The notes: generated by a model from the letters alone, not told the origin. DNA of 58,913 nucleotides, filler included, from 7 parts of 7 records of this genome joined end to end with filler, not necessarily neighbours in it; one strand, 5' to 3'; shown: positions 19,405-31,725, counted from the whole stretch's first letter. Numbers and translations: made by a program.

Positions 19405-19803
19405 TTAGCGATCCGTATCTTCGTCGATTTCGACGCGGATGCCCGGGACGGATTCTTCGTCTTCATCTTCATCGTCGATAAAGACGTCGTCGTCGTCGTC
19501 ACTATTTTCGTCGTCGTCGAGATCGACGTCCGTATCTTCCAGATCCGGCACATCGTCGTCGCCGCCTTCCGCTTCCGCATCGGCCTCTTCCAAGGTCACG
19601 ATTTCCGGAGCTGCGACGTCGTCTTCTTCTTCATCGTCTTCCGGCGTCTCTTCGACCTTCGCAGCCTTCGCGGCACGGGAGGTCATGACCGCCTCGAACA
19701 CCGTGCCGCATTTCGGGCAGGTGACCGGGTTCCGGTTGAGATCGTAGTATTTGGCGCCGCAGCTCGGGCAGAGCCGCTTTGTGCCAAGTTCAGGTTTTGC
19801 CAC
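19405..19803 (-). CDS. TIGR02300 / FYDLN acid-rich Zn-ribbon protein
   Basis: AKPELGTKRLCPSCGAKYYDLN...CPKCG and an Asp/Glu tail; divergent from aroA. Confidence 0.93.
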   Translation of the reverse strand: MAKPELGTKRLCPSCGAKYYDLNRNPVTCPKCGTVFEAVMTSRAAKAAKVEETPEDDEEEDDVAAPEIVTLEEADAEAEGGDDDVPDLEDTDVDLDDDENSDDDDDVFIDDEDEDEESVPGIRVEIDEDTDR

Positions 19804-20082
19804 TGTGCTCACCCTTCTTCGTTATGCAATCGACTTGAATTCGTGGGCCGCCCCATAGCCTCAAGCCGTTCCGGTGTCAAAGGCAAATCAATCGAAAAAC
19901 ATTCTTCGGATTATTGTTCTGCACGTTGTGACTCAAATTTCAAGCACCTGACCGCGTTACCCACACGCCCTGCAGACCGGCACACGTTTGAATCTGCTTG
20001 TCGTTCTGACAATGCCGGGAAATTTTGCGAAGTTCGGATTCGGGTGGTCTGAACGGATGACGCAGGCGCATCCACATGATAG

Positions 20083-22106
<2,024 letters not shown>

Positions 22107-22378
22107 TAAGGACAAGGGGTTCACCACCGGTGCGCCCCTGTTTGTGCATCCGGAACGCATGTGGCCTCAGGCCATCAGTTCTTTACGGAACGACCAGAGA
22201 ATTTCGGCAGGGCGCCTTTTCCGGCGACCTGTGACGAGACCGGATTTTCCGCCTCTCGCCCCGCCGGCCCGCTTTCGATAGCGGCAGGATCAGCGGAAAC
22301 CGCGATCCCGGGAGAAGGACAGATCCGGAGTGCAACACCAACCCGCCGGCGGCGCGCCTGAAGGCGCCAGGAGCATAT

Positions 22379-24076
22379 ATGTCTGATTACAATCCCTCCA
22401 TGGAGGATTTCTCCGCTCTTCTCGAAGAGTCCTTCGTTCAGAACGACCTGTATGAAGGTGCCGTCGTAAAGGGCACCGTCGTCGCGATCGAAAAAGACCT
22501 GGCAGTCATCGACGTCGGTCTGAAGGTCGAAGGCCGCGTGCCGCTGAAGGAATTCGGCGCAAAAGGCCGTGACGGCGAAATGAAGGTCGGCGACGAAGTC
22601 GAGGTTTACTTGGAGCGCGTTGAAAACGCTCTTGGCGAAGCTGTTCTGTCGCGCGAAAAAGCTCGCCGCGAAGAAAGCTGGGTCCGCCTGGAAGTTGCTT
22701 TCGAAGCAAACGAAAAGGTCAACGGCCAGATCTTCAACCAGGTCAAGGGTGGTTTCACCGTCGATCTGGATGGCGCAGTTGCCTTCCTGCCGCGTTCGCA
22801 GGTCGATATCCGTCCGGTTCGCGACGTGACCCCGCTGATGCACACCCCGCAGCCGTTCCAGATCCTGAAGATGGACAAGCGCCGCGGCAATATCGTCGTG
22901 TCTCGCCGTGTCGTTCTGGAAGAAACCCGCGCCGAACAGCGTTCGGAACTGGTCCAGAGCCTGGAAGAAGGTCATACCGTGGAAGGTGTGGTCAAGAACA
23001 TCACCGATTACGGTGCGTTCGTCGACCTCGGCGGTATCGATGGCCTGCTGCACGTCACCGACATCGCGTGGCGCCGCATCAACCATCCGTCGGAAGTTCT
23101 CACCATCGGCCAGACCGTCAAGGTGCAGATCATCCGCGTCAACCAGGACACGCATCGCATCAGCCTCGGCATGAAGCAGCTTGAAACCGATCCGTGGGAT
23201 GGCATCGAAGCCAAGTACCCGATCGAAGCCAAGTTCACTGGCCGCGTGACCAACATCACCGACTACGGCGCATTCGTGGAACTGGAGCCTGGCATCGAAG
23301 GCCTGATCCACGTTTCCGAAATGTCCTGGACCAAGAAGAACGTCCATCCGGGCAAGATCGTTTCCACTTCTCAGGAAGTCGAAGTGATGATCCTGGAAGT
23401 CGACCCGGTCAAGCGCCGCATCTCCCTAGGCCTCAAGCAGACCCTGCAGAACCCGTGGGATGCATTTGCCGAGCAGTTCCCGATCGGCACCGAAGTCGAA
23501 GGCGAAGTCAAGAACAAGACCGAATTCGGCCTGTTCATCGGCCTCGACGGCGACGTGGACGGCATGGTTCACCTCTCCGACCTCGACTGGAACCGCCCGG
23601 GCGAGCAGGTTATCGAAGAGTTCAAGAAGGGCGACATGGTCAAGGCCGTCGTTCTGGATGTTGACGTCGACAAGGAGCGTATCTCCCTCGGCATCAAGCA
23701 GCTTTCCGGCGATCCGATGGAATCGGGTGCAGCTGGCGAACTGCGCAAGAACTCCGTCGTGACCTGTGAAGTCATCGAAATCAAAGACGGCGGCCTGGAC
23801 GTCAAGATCGCAGACAGCGACCTGACTGCCTTCATCCGTCGCGCCGACCTGTCCCGCGATCGCGAGGAACAGCGTCCGGAGCGTTACTCCGTTGGCGACA
23901 AGTTCGATGCCCGCATCACCCAGTTCGACAAGAAGACCCGTCGGGTCACCGTGTCGATCAAGGCTCTCGAGATCGCAGAAGAGAAGGAAGCTGTCGCTCA
24001 GTACGGCTCTTCCGACAGCGGTGCGTCCCTCGGCGACATCCTCGGTGCAGCTCTGAAGCAGCAGTCCGAAGACTAA
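22379..24076 (+). CDS. rpsA: 30S ribosomal protein S1
   Basis: Repeated S1 domains (KNITDYGAFVDLGG etc.); 565 aa; follows cmk. Confidence 0.99.
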   Translation: MSDYNPSMEDFSALLEESFVQNDLYEGAVVKGTVVAIEKDLAVIDVGLKVEGRVPLKEFGAKGRDGEMKVGDEVEVYLERVENALGEAVLSREKARREESWVRLEVAFEANEKVNGQIFNQVKGGFTVDLDGAVAFLPRSQVDIRPVRDVTPLMHTPQPFQILKMDKRRGNIVVSRRVVLEETRAEQRSELVQSLEEGHTVEGVVKNITDYGAFVDLGGIDGLLHVTDIAWRRINHPSEVLTIGQTVKVQIIRVNQDTHRISLGMKQLETDPWDGIEAKYPIEAKFTGRVTNITDYGAFVELEPGIEGLIHVSEMSWTKKNVHPGKIVSTSQEVEVMILEVDPVKRRISLGLKQTLQNPWDAFAEQFPIGTEVEGEVKNKTEFGLFIGLDGDVDGMVHLSDLDWNRPGEQVIEEFKKGDMVKAVVLDVDVDKERISLGIKQLSGDPMESGAAGELRKNSVVTCEVIEIKDGGLDVKIADSDLTAFIRRADLSRDREEQRPERYSVGDKFDARITQFDKKTRRVTVSIKALEIAEEKEAVAQYGSSDSGASLGDILGAALKQQSED

Positions 24077-24108
24077 GATTTTCGTCTCTCTCACGAGAGT
24101 TGAAAGCG

Positions 24109-24138
24109 AAAAGCCCGGCAGCAATGCCGGGCTTTTTT
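24109..24138 (+). terminator. Intrinsic terminator of rpsA
   Basis: AAAAGCCCGGCA-GCAA-TGCCGGGCTTTTTT. Confidence 0.92.
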
Positions 24139-24260
24139 GTTTCTGCGTTGCGAGGGGGTTAGTGTAGGTAACGCGCCCCTCAATTTACGCCCCAAATGGG
24201 GAATGCGGCCAGCTGCAGCGTGCACTAGCTTCCGGTCATGCCACCACCTGGAGGAAGAGC

Positions 24261-24557
24261 ATGTTCGACTGGTATGACCTGCGTAATTTCCTGGAAGACA
24301 ATCTGATAGTCAGCATATTCGTCGGCATTGCCTTCGCAATTGCCATTGTCTGGGCGGTGGTCGTGTTCGTCCAGGCCCGCGGCGGCGGGTTCAAGGCTGT
24401 TTCAGCCAGCCTCTTTGCGACAATCGTTTCCCTGTTCTATCTCGTGATGGCCTTCGCTCTGGGCTCGTTTGCCGAGCCTCTGGTCATCATGCCCTATTTC
24501 GCCGTTCTCGCCGCGCTCAAGTCCATGGCCGTCGCCTGGCGTATCGGCGCACGTTGA
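24261..24557 (+). CDS. Small membrane hypothetical protein
   Basis: GGAGG RBS; three hydrophobic segments. Confidence 0.75.
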   Translation: MFDWYDLRNFLEDNLIVSIFVGIAFAIAIVWAVVVFVQARGGGFKAVSASLFATIVSLFYLVMAFALGSFAEPLVIMPYFAVLAALKSMAVAWRIGAR

Positions 24558-24625
24558 TACCAAGTTCCCAGGCGGATGACGTCAAACCGGCCTGGCGCGT
24601 TACGCCTGTGCTGAGAAACGCAGAC

Positions 24626-26557
24626 TTAGCGCCGCTCTTTCAGAATGCCCTGGAAATAGCCCGACAATGCTTCATGGGCATCCAGCGGCAATACCTGGGC
24701 GACGTATTGATCCGGCCGGACGATGACCAAACAGCCTTTATCCCGGTCAATGCCGCGCAATTCGAAAATGTCGTTGCCGCTTTTGAGATCCGGGCAGAAC
24801 ATCTTTTCATAGTCCCTCAGCCCGTAGCGGCCTTTTGCCGGCAGCAGCAGTGACGGCATGCGTTCAAGGGTCAGATCGCGATGGTTTTGCTGGAAGACTG
24901 CGCGAAGATCGATAACCGCATCTATATCCTCACCTGCCGCCGTATGACGCAAAACCGGTGAGCTCTGATCGTCTTGCAGAAAGTTACATAGACGACGGAT
25001 AGCCGACGTTTCCGCTGCCGGGTCGCCTTTATCGGCAAAGGCGAAGATCCGCCAGCGACCGTCCGCCTTTACGACATGGCCCAGCTGTACCGGCTTGGCG
25101 TCGGCAAGACGAACGACAGGGGCGGAATGAAACCGCATGCCGATCTGGAAACCTTCCGCCAATTGCTGATGCGCGCCGTCACCCGTCAACAGGGACGGGA
25201 GATAGCGCGAGGCTGTCCCGGCGGTATAACGGCCATGCTGCACAAAGTATTTCTGAACTTCAGCCGGTTCGACGCCATCGGGATTGCTTTCCGATCTCAC
25301 CGGCGCGCTGACAAGCTTTGCCCATTCCCGGTCGAAATCGATCAGGTTCTGCGCAATCGCCTGGCGTTCGGCCGAATAGCTGGCAAGCAGCTCCGGTTCG
25401 CTCAGTCCCTTCAGTACGTGGGCGAGTTTCCAGCCAAGATTGAACGTGTCCTGCATGGAGACGTTCATGCCCTGCCCGGCCTTAGGGCTGTGCGTGTGGC
25501 AGGCATCGCCTGCAATAAAAACGTGAGGCAAGCGGCCCGGAGCACCTTCTGCCGGAACATCATCGAACTTGTCGCAAAGCCGCTGACCGATTTCGTAGAC
25601 CGACCACCAGGCGACTTCCTTCACGTCGAGAGAATAGGGATGAAGGATGCGTCCGGCTGCGGCGATCAGATGATCGACCGTAATGTTCCGGTTCGCGACC
25701 CGCTCGTCCGGCCGCAGCTTGTCGAGTTCGACATAGATGCGGACCAGATATCCGCCTTCACGCGGAATGATCAGGATGCTGCCTTCACTGGCCGACTGCA
25801 CCAACGCCTTGAAGCGGATATCCGGGAAGTCCGTCACGGCAAGAACGTCCATCACGCCCCAGGCCTGATTGGCACTGTCGCCCTTCAACTCGCGGCCCAG
25901 CGCCCTGCGCACGGAACTGCGGGCGCCGTCGCAACCGACAACGTATCTTGCGCGTACCGTTTCCGTTTCACCTTCGTGTCCGGGGTCCATGCGTTCCAGC
26001 TGAACCGTAACCGGCCACTCCCGCCCTGCTTCAACCGCCATATCCAGATCGACCAGCCGGCGGGAGTAGTTGGGCTCCAACCTGTTTGGCGAATTGCGCA
26101 TGATCTCGAGATAAAAGTCGTGAACGCGCGCCTGGTTCAATATGACATGCGGAAACTCGGACAGACCGTCCTCGACATCCTGAACCCTGCCGCTGCGGGC
26201 GATCGTGTCCGGAGACGCCGGGTCCGGTTTCCAGAAAGTGGTCTCGTTGACCCAGTAAGCTTCCTTTTCCAGTCGCTCGGCAAAGCCGAACGCCTCGAAC
26301 ATTTCCATTGTCCGGCAGGCGACACCATCCGCCTGGCCAAGCTGCAAGGGGCCGGCTTTCTGCTCCACGATACGGGTTCGGATATCCGGGAAAGCCGCAA
26401 GTTGAGCGGCAAGCGTCAGGCCCGCGGGACCGCAACCGACAATGAGGACATCGACTTCTTCCGGCAGGCTGTCTGTGTTAGCCAGGGCAGTGGCGTCGGC
26501 ATTAGGTTCATGAATGACCGGATCACCGGTCTTGAAGCCGTCGAGATGAAATTGCAT
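24626..26557 (-). CDS. Phenol 2-monooxygenase family flavoprotein, 3-hydroxybenzoate 4-hydroxylase (MobA)-like
   Basis: MQFHLDGF start, GCGPAG, GCDGARS, GDACHTHSPKAGQGMN, C-terminal VRPDQYV thioredoxin-like domain. Confidence 0.9.
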   Translation of the reverse strand: MQFHLDGFKTGDPVIHEPNADATALANTDSLPEEVDVLIVGCGPAGLTLAAQLAAFPDIRTRIVEQKAGPLQLGQADGVACRTMEMFEAFGFAERLEKEAYWVNETTFWKPDPASPDTIARSGRVQDVEDGLSEFPHVILNQARVHDFYLEIMRNSPNRLEPNYSRRLVDLDMAVEAGREWPVTVQLERMDPGHEGETETVRARYVVGCDGARSSVRRALGRELKGDSANQAWGVMDVLAVTDFPDIRFKALVQSASEGSILIIPREGGYLVRIYVELDKLRPDERVANRNITVDHLIAAAGRILHPYSLDVKEVAWWSVYEIGQRLCDKFDDVPAEGAPGRLPHVFIAGDACHTHSPKAGQGMNVSMQDTFNLGWKLAHVLKGLSEPELLASYSAERQAIAQNLIDFDREWAKLVSAPVRSESNPDGVEPAEVQKYFVQHGRYTAGTASRYLPSLLTGDGAHQQLAEGFQIGMRFHSAPVVRLADAKPVQLGHVVKADGRWRIFAFADKGDPAAETSAIRRLCNFLQDDQSSPVLRHTAAGEDIDAVIDLRAVFQQNHRDLTLERMPSLLLPAKGRYGLRDYEKMFCPDLKSGNDIFELRGIDRDKGCLVIVRPDQYVAQVLPLDAHEALSGYFQGILKERR

Positions 26558-26750
26558 GAAACCGTCTCCTCCGCCACATTCCGGCAGTTTGGCAACCGGC
26601 CCTCCTTCTTGGGAAAGGCCGGCGCCAGCATGATGGGGCCACGCGAAAGCTGCCGGTGTTCAAGCCCGGACTTTCTTGTCGCATTGCGGGTCTTTCGCGT
26701 TTGACAATTCCGCCGCGATGTCCAAACAAACATCGACAACGGATTAATTA

Positions 26751-26800
26751 GAAAGCATACTGATTATCAGCATGCTGTCAAATATAATCAGCATACTTCC
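26751..26800. promoter_or_regulatory. Three imperfect palindromes, probable MarR operators
   Basis: GAAAGCATACTGAT, ATCAGCATGCTGTC and ATCAGCATACTTCC between the divergent hydroxylase and MarR genes. Confidence 0.65.
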
Positions 26801-26825
26801 TTTTCTGAACTCCCTGGAGGCGGCG

Positions 26826-27305
26826 ATGCGAAACCTTGAACAGATGCCCGGACACCTGATCCGCCGTTTGCAGCAGATCGCGGTGGCAGTGTTTCATACG
26901 GAAGTGGATGCCGTCGGATTCGACATGACGCCGGTGCAATTCGCGGCGCTGGTCCGGGTGGCGGAAAACCCGGGCATTGACCAGATAACGCTGGCAGGCC
27001 TGATTGCCTATGACCGGACCACGATAGCCGGCGTTGTCGACCGGCTGGTGCAGAAGGGCTTCCTGTCACGCGCCGTGAGCGAAAAGGACAGGCGCGCAAA
27101 GGTGCTTCACATGACAGACGCCGGAACCGATGCGCTGTCGCGGCTTGGCCCTGCGGTGGAAAAGGCGCAACAGGTGATGCTAAGCGGGCTCGACCGCCAA
27201 GAGGCTGACGATTTCATGCGTCTGTTGCAAAAGGCAACAGAGGCGGTCAACGACCTCAGCCGCGCGCCACTGCGTTCCGGTTCAAAGGCTGCGGAAAAAG
27301 ACTGA
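26826..27305 (+). CDS. MarR family regulator (MobR-like)
   Basis: PGHLIRRLQQ, TPVQF, DRLVQKG, DRRAK; GGAGG RBS. Confidence 0.93.
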   Translation: MRNLEQMPGHLIRRLQQIAVAVFHTEVDAVGFDMTPVQFAALVRVAENPGIDQITLAGLIAYDRTTIAGVVDRLVQKGFLSRAVSEKDRRAKVLHMTDAGTDALSRLGPAVEKAQQVMLSGLDRQEADDFMRLLQKATEAVNDLSRAPLRSGSKAAEKD

Positions 27306-27348
27306 CTGGCCTGCGAAGGTTCAGCATCAAGACCGCAACAAGCGGTGA

Positions 27349-27843
27349 CTATTTCCCTGCCCAGAAATCCGCCTGCAGGCCGGCCGCTTCCTCTTCCAGA
27401 AGCGGACCGACAACCTCCACCTTGCGTTGCCCCGCCGCAAACACCGTCCTGCAGGGCAGATCGAGTGTCGGATTTTCCTCGTGATCGCCCGTCTGTTCCT
27501 TCAGGGACTTTTCGGTCTGGCCAAAGACGACCCGACCAATGCCCGCCCAGTATACGGCACCGGAGCACATGGCGCACGGCTCTGCCGACGTGTACATGGT
27601 GCAGCTTTCCAGAAAATCCGGGCGCCAGCGCTTGCTTGCCCGTGTCGCCAGCAGCCTTTCGGCGTGGGCGGTCATGTCCTGCCCTTCGGCGGAATAACCG
27701 TTACCCTGCTCCATCAGAACCTCTCCGTCCGGGCCTGCCAGCAGGCAGCCAAATGGATGATCGCCCGTTTCCCGCGCCTGTCGCGCGATTTCGAATGCCC
27801 GGCGCAACAGCGCGATATCTTTGTCGTCATGAGTATCGGTCAC
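27349..27843 (-). CDS. Nucleoside/nucleobase deaminase (CDA fold, guanine-deaminase-like)
   Basis: HAE and EPCAMC zinc motifs; AAGGAG RBS before GTG. Confidence 0.92.
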   Translation of the reverse strand: MTDTHDDKDIALLRRAFEIARQARETGDHPFGCLLAGPDGEVLMEQGNGYSAEGQDMTAHAERLLATRASKRWRPDFLESCTMYTSAEPCAMCSGAVYWAGIGRVVFGQTEKSLKEQTGDHEENPTLDLPCRTVFAAGQRKVEVVGPLLEEEAAGLQADFWAGK

Positions 27844-28058
27844 GCAAGGCTCCTTTGATTTCTTCCCCCCTGAAGGGAGCATGAACACGCTCACCCCGCA
27901 AGACTTTGCAAACAGTCAGTCACGTTGAACAGAAACACATCAAAAGACTGGCAATTTAAAAGGCAACTGCTGAAATATTGGCCTCTTGATCACTATTCTC
28001 GCGGTTTCATCTTGAGGCTTTCTTGACAAAAATCGCGCACCGGTTTCCCGTAGAGGTC

Positions 28059-28097
28059 GAGTAGAAGCGGTGGAGCCCAACGGTTCCGACATTGCTC
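28059..28097 (+). ncRNA. Probable xanthine-I (NMT1 motif) riboswitch, compact variant
   Basis: GAGTAGAAGCG...hairpin GAGCC-CAAC-GGTTC...CGACATTGCTC matches the recalled NMT1 frame GAGUAGAAGCG...CGGAAAUUGCUC; next to a purine-type deaminase and 5' of an AGGAG-ATG gene start. Confidence 0.7.
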
Positions 28098-28189
28098 ATC
28101 TTTCAGTTGATCGACGATGCCCGGCACGAACGCGCCCGCATCCAAGACCAGGAGATGAGAATGCCGGCCGAAGACAACAAAACGCTCCC

Positions 28190-28289
28190 NNNNNNNNNNN
28201 NNNNNNNNNNNNNNNNNNNNNNNNNNNNNNNNNTTAATTAATTAANNNNNNNNNNNNNNNNNNNNNNNNNNNNNNNNNNNNNNNNNNNN
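28190..28289. other. Artificial contig linker
   Basis: N44-TTAATTAATTAA-N44. Confidence 0.99.
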
Positions 28290-28911
28290 CCCGGAGAGCG
28301 GCCATTTCCTTCACCATACCGTCGTCCGCGACGGCGCCGGCGAACTTGATTGCCTTGAAGCCCTTGTTCACCCATTCGACCGCAAGATCACAGCGTTCCT
28401 GCAAGGTTGCGCGTGGCAGGCCAGAGACATAGGCCGGAAGCGTTTCCTGCCGGCGGCCGCCGAGCAGCTGTGAGACGGAAAGTCCCGTTATCCGACCATA
28501 GAGATCCCAAAGCGCAATATCGACACCGGCAAGCGCATCGACAAAATATCCGCCGAAGAACCCGCGCACGCGCATGAGGTCGTAAAGATCGTCATGGATC
28601 ACGGCAGGTGCGGAAACATCCCGGCCGACAATGACCGGAGCCAGCAGGTTGTCGACAATCGCCTTGACCGCTTCCGGCGCTGCGATGCCATAGGTTTCCC
28701 CCCATCCGATCCGGCCGCTTTCCGCGGTTACCTTGAGCACCACCGTCTGGTCTGTCGACGGATAGATTGACCGGTTACCCTTGCGGATCAGGTAGCCCTT
28801 TTCATTGATGAATTCGCCATCGCGCAAGGGACCGAGGTAGGGCACGTCGCGTGGGACGCGGACAATGAAACACTCCAGTTTCTGGATCGCGTCGAGTGGA
28901 GCAGTGGACAT
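28290..28911 (-). CDS. Mandelate racemase/enolase superfamily acid-sugar dehydratase (3' truncated)
   Basis: GWGE, AGVDIALWDL, KxK-type GFKAIKF. Confidence 0.88.
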
Positions 28912-28924
28912 GTTTCGGCTTCTC

Positions 28925-29848
28925 CTACTCGGCGGCCTGAAGAGTGGTCAGTGGATATTTCGACAGTTCTCCGGTCAATTGCCCCAGAAGAGCTGCCAGT
29001 TCGTTGCGGTCGCCCTGATCCATGCGCGGGCCTTTGCCGCGAACGAACGTATGCTCCAGCACACCCCGCTGGCGCAGTGTTTCCTTTGTCATCTGCATAC
29101 GGAAGATGGCCTGGAAATTAAGCGCCGGCATCATCACCATGAAGAGGCGCCGGGCTTCGGTTTCCTGACCGTCCAGCCATGCATTGACGAGCTTCACATG
29201 CAGATCGGTAAACTCGGCTGCCGGCATGGTGCCCAGTGAACCGCGGGCGAGTTCGTCGGTGATATACCGGCCGCCAGCCCCTCCGAAGACACCAAGGATC
29301 GTGTCGCCGCAGGCTTTGGAAATCCGGGAAAGGTTCTGCCCGCAGGGCATGGTCTCTTCCTTGACATACAGAACGTTCGCTATGTCGCGAACGATCGCCG
29401 AAACGCTTTCCGGCGACAGGCCTGCGCCGATCGGCACCGGTGCATTCTGCAGCATGATCGGGATCGGTGAGGCAGCGGCAATCTCGTTGAAGAAGGCCGA
29501 CTGTGCGGCAACATCCTGGCCGAGAGCTCCCGGTGCCATCACCATCGCGGCAGACGCGCCGGCCGCCGCACCGGTCTTGATATGCTCCAGCACTTCCTCA
29601 GGTGTCGCCGCCGACGCACCGACGACAAATGGAATGCGGCCGGCGAGGCGTTCGCCGAGGCGGGCAATCATTGTCGCGCGTTCTTCGGCCGACAGTGTGT
29701 CTACCTCACTGGCGACACCCGGATAAACACATCCATCCGCACCACACGCGACGACATAGTCGATCAGCCGGTCGAAATCTGTGTCCGAAATGACGCCATC
29801 GTCTTTGAATGGCGTGCATAGGACAGGGTAGGTTCCCTTGAGGATCAT
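28925..29848 (-). CDS. DHDPS/NAL family enzyme (2-keto-3-deoxy acid dehydratase/aldolase-like)
   Basis: PVLCTPF, GVASE, IMLQNAP, Schiff-base YVKEE. Confidence 0.88.
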   Translation of the reverse strand: MILKGTYPVLCTPFKDDGVISDTDFDRLIDYVVACGADGCVYPGVASEVDTLSAEERATMIARLGERLAGRIPFVVGASAATPEEVLEHIKTGAAAGASAAMVMAPGALGQDVAAQSAFFNEIAAASPIPIMLQNAPVPIGAGLSPESVSAIVRDIANVLYVKEETMPCGQNLSRISKACGDTILGVFGGAGGRYITDELARGSLGTMPAAEFTDLHVKLVNAWLDGQETEARRLFMVMMPALNFQAIFRMQMTKETLRQRGVLEHTFVRGKGPRMDQGDRNELAALLGQLTGELSKYPLTTLQAAE

Positions 29849-30681
29849 TTGACGGCTCCTGCGGTGACACCCTGAATGAAGAAGCGCTGCAGCAGCATGA
29901 AGCCGATGACGACCGGACAGGCGGCCATCAGGGACGCGGCCATGGCTCCGCCCCAGTCAGAGTTGGTTTCGTTGAGATAGTTCAGAAGAAGGCCCGGACC
30001 GATCGTGCGCTTGTCGTCGGAAACGATCAGGGTCAGGGAATAGAGAAGGTCGTTCCAGCTCCACATGAAGCTGTAGAGGAAGACCGTTATGATCGGCGGA
30101 AGCGAGATCGGCAGAACGATCGTATGGAAGATCCGAAGGTCGCTCGCACCATCCGCCCGCGCCGCCTCGATCAGTTCGTTCGGCACCTGGCTGAAATAGC
30201 TGTAGAGCATGTAGGTGGCCACCGGCAGGGCAAAGACGATGTAGCTGATCATCAGACCGAAGCGGGTGTCGATCAGGCCAAAGTCGGTGAACATCGGATA
30301 GATGGTGATGAGCAGCAGGCCGAAGGGGAACATCTGCGCCGACAACATGAACAGCATAACCGGCCGGCGCCCGAAGTAACGATACTTCGCAAAGGAATAT
30401 CCGGCATAGACCGCAAGCGTTGCATTGATAGCCGCCGAAGACAGCGACACGATCAGAGAATTGGTGAGCTGCAGGCCAAGGCCGGCTTCGAACAGCGCCT
30501 TCCTGAAATGCTCCAGCGTCAGGACATGCGGATAGAAGGTCGGTTCGAGAGCATAAAGTTCGGCATCGACTTTCAGCGACGAAATGAACAGCCAGTAGAC
30601 CGGAAAGAACAGGAAACAGCCGATCAGGAGCGTGCAGACGGCAAAGATTGTCTTGGCCTGCCAGGACGAGAGGTCAAGCAT
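29845..30681 (-). CDS. Carbohydrate ABC permease (MalG type)
   Basis: EAA loop ELIEAARADGAS, WSWNDLL, FIQGVTAGAVK. Confidence 0.95.
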   Translation of the reverse strand: MLDLSSWQAKTIFAVCTLLIGCFLFFPVYWLFISSLKVDAELYALEPTFYPHVLTLEHFRKALFEAGLGLQLTNSLIVSLSSAAINATLAVYAGYSFAKYRYFGRRPVMLFMLSAQMFPFGLLLITIYPMFTDFGLIDTRFGLMISYIVFALPVATYMLYSYFSQVPNELIEAARADGASDLRIFHTIVLPISLPPIITVFLYSFMWSWNDLLYSLTLIVSDDKRTIGPGLLLNYLNETNSDWGGAMAASLMAACPVVIGFMLLQRFFIQGVTAGAVK

Positions 30682-31625
30682 CAGTCGGCTCCCTTCATGA
30701 GCTGGCGCAGGTAGAAGTAGGCAGGGGGCAGGATGGTTGCGACCCACAGGACGCCGACCGTTGCCGCCATCCCGATATCCCATTGCTCAAAGGCCCGGCG
30801 GTAAACCTCGACGGACAGCACGGTTGTCGCCCGTACGGGTCCACCGCCGGTCAGCGCCCAGATCGTGTCGAACTGCTGAAGGTTGCCGATCATGGCCAGT
30901 ACGATCACGACCAGGAGGACAGGGCGCAAATGGGGAATGATATGGTCCTTGAGGACCGAGAAGTTGCCGGCACCATCCACGCGGGCAGCCTCGATCTGCT
31001 GGCGGTCCATGCTCGACAGGCCCGCAAGAAAGAACGCCATGAACAATGGAATGGACAACCAGACCTTGGTGACGATGACGGCTGCCATGGCGCCACTGGG
31101 TGTCGACAGCCAGGCTTGCGGATAGTCGATCAGATCGGCGCTCATCGCCGCGTAATTGAGCAACCCGTATCTGGAATTGAAGATCCAGCCCCACAGGAAC
31201 GCCGTGACGACGGAAGGCATGATCCACGGAAGCAGGGAAATGGAGCGCATGACGTCACGCCCCCGGAAAGGTTCGTTCAGGATCAGGGCCCAGGCGAAGC
31301 CGAGAACGATCGAAAAGAAGGTGGTCAGCACCACATAGATTGCCGTGACGGTGAGCGACTCCCAGAAGCCCGGGTCGCTCAGGACCTTTTGAAAGTTCGC
31401 AATCCCGACCCAGATGGGCTCGGGTGTGTAAAGCGTGTATTCAAAGAACGAATAAGCGAGGGCCTGCAGAAACGGCCACATGACAACCAGCCCGAATGCA
31501 CAGAGGGCCGGCACCAGAAGAAGGACACCGAACCGGCCTTCGCCGGCTTTCAGGCCACCTCTTCGGGCATGGGCTGAGACCGGGGCATCGGTCAGCCGTG
31601 ATCCTGACAGGTCTGCAACAGACAT
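30681..31625 (-). CDS. Carbohydrate ABC permease (MalF type)
   Basis: LLPWIMPSVV, EAARVDGA, LTGGGP. Confidence 0.95.
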   Translation of the reverse strand: MSVADLSGSRLTDAPVSAHARRGGLKAGEGRFGVLLLVPALCAFGLVVMWPFLQALAYSFFEYTLYTPEPIWVGIANFQKVLSDPGFWESLTVTAIYVVLTTFFSIVLGFAWALILNEPFRGRDVMRSISLLPWIMPSVVTAFLWGWIFNSRYGLLNYAAMSADLIDYPQAWLSTPSGAMAAVIVTKVWLSIPLFMAFFLAGLSSMDRQQIEAARVDGAGNFSVLKDHIIPHLRPVLLVVIVLAMIGNLQQFDTIWALTGGGPVRATTVLSVEVYRRAFEQWDIGMAATVGVLWVATILPPAYFYLRQLMKGAD

Positions 31626-31725
31626 GGGATTCAACTCGCTTCTTGAACGGGTGGCCAGAACTGCCGTCCGGCTGGAAAGACCGGCCCCGGAAACCGGGAC
31701 CGGAAGTTGGGGGGACGTGCGGTCC

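Noticed and set aside
19445-19640. TCG/TCT trinucleotide-rich tract as a tandem repeat or Ser-rich ORF
   Set aside because: It is the antisense of the Asp/Glu-rich tail of the TIGR02300 protein.
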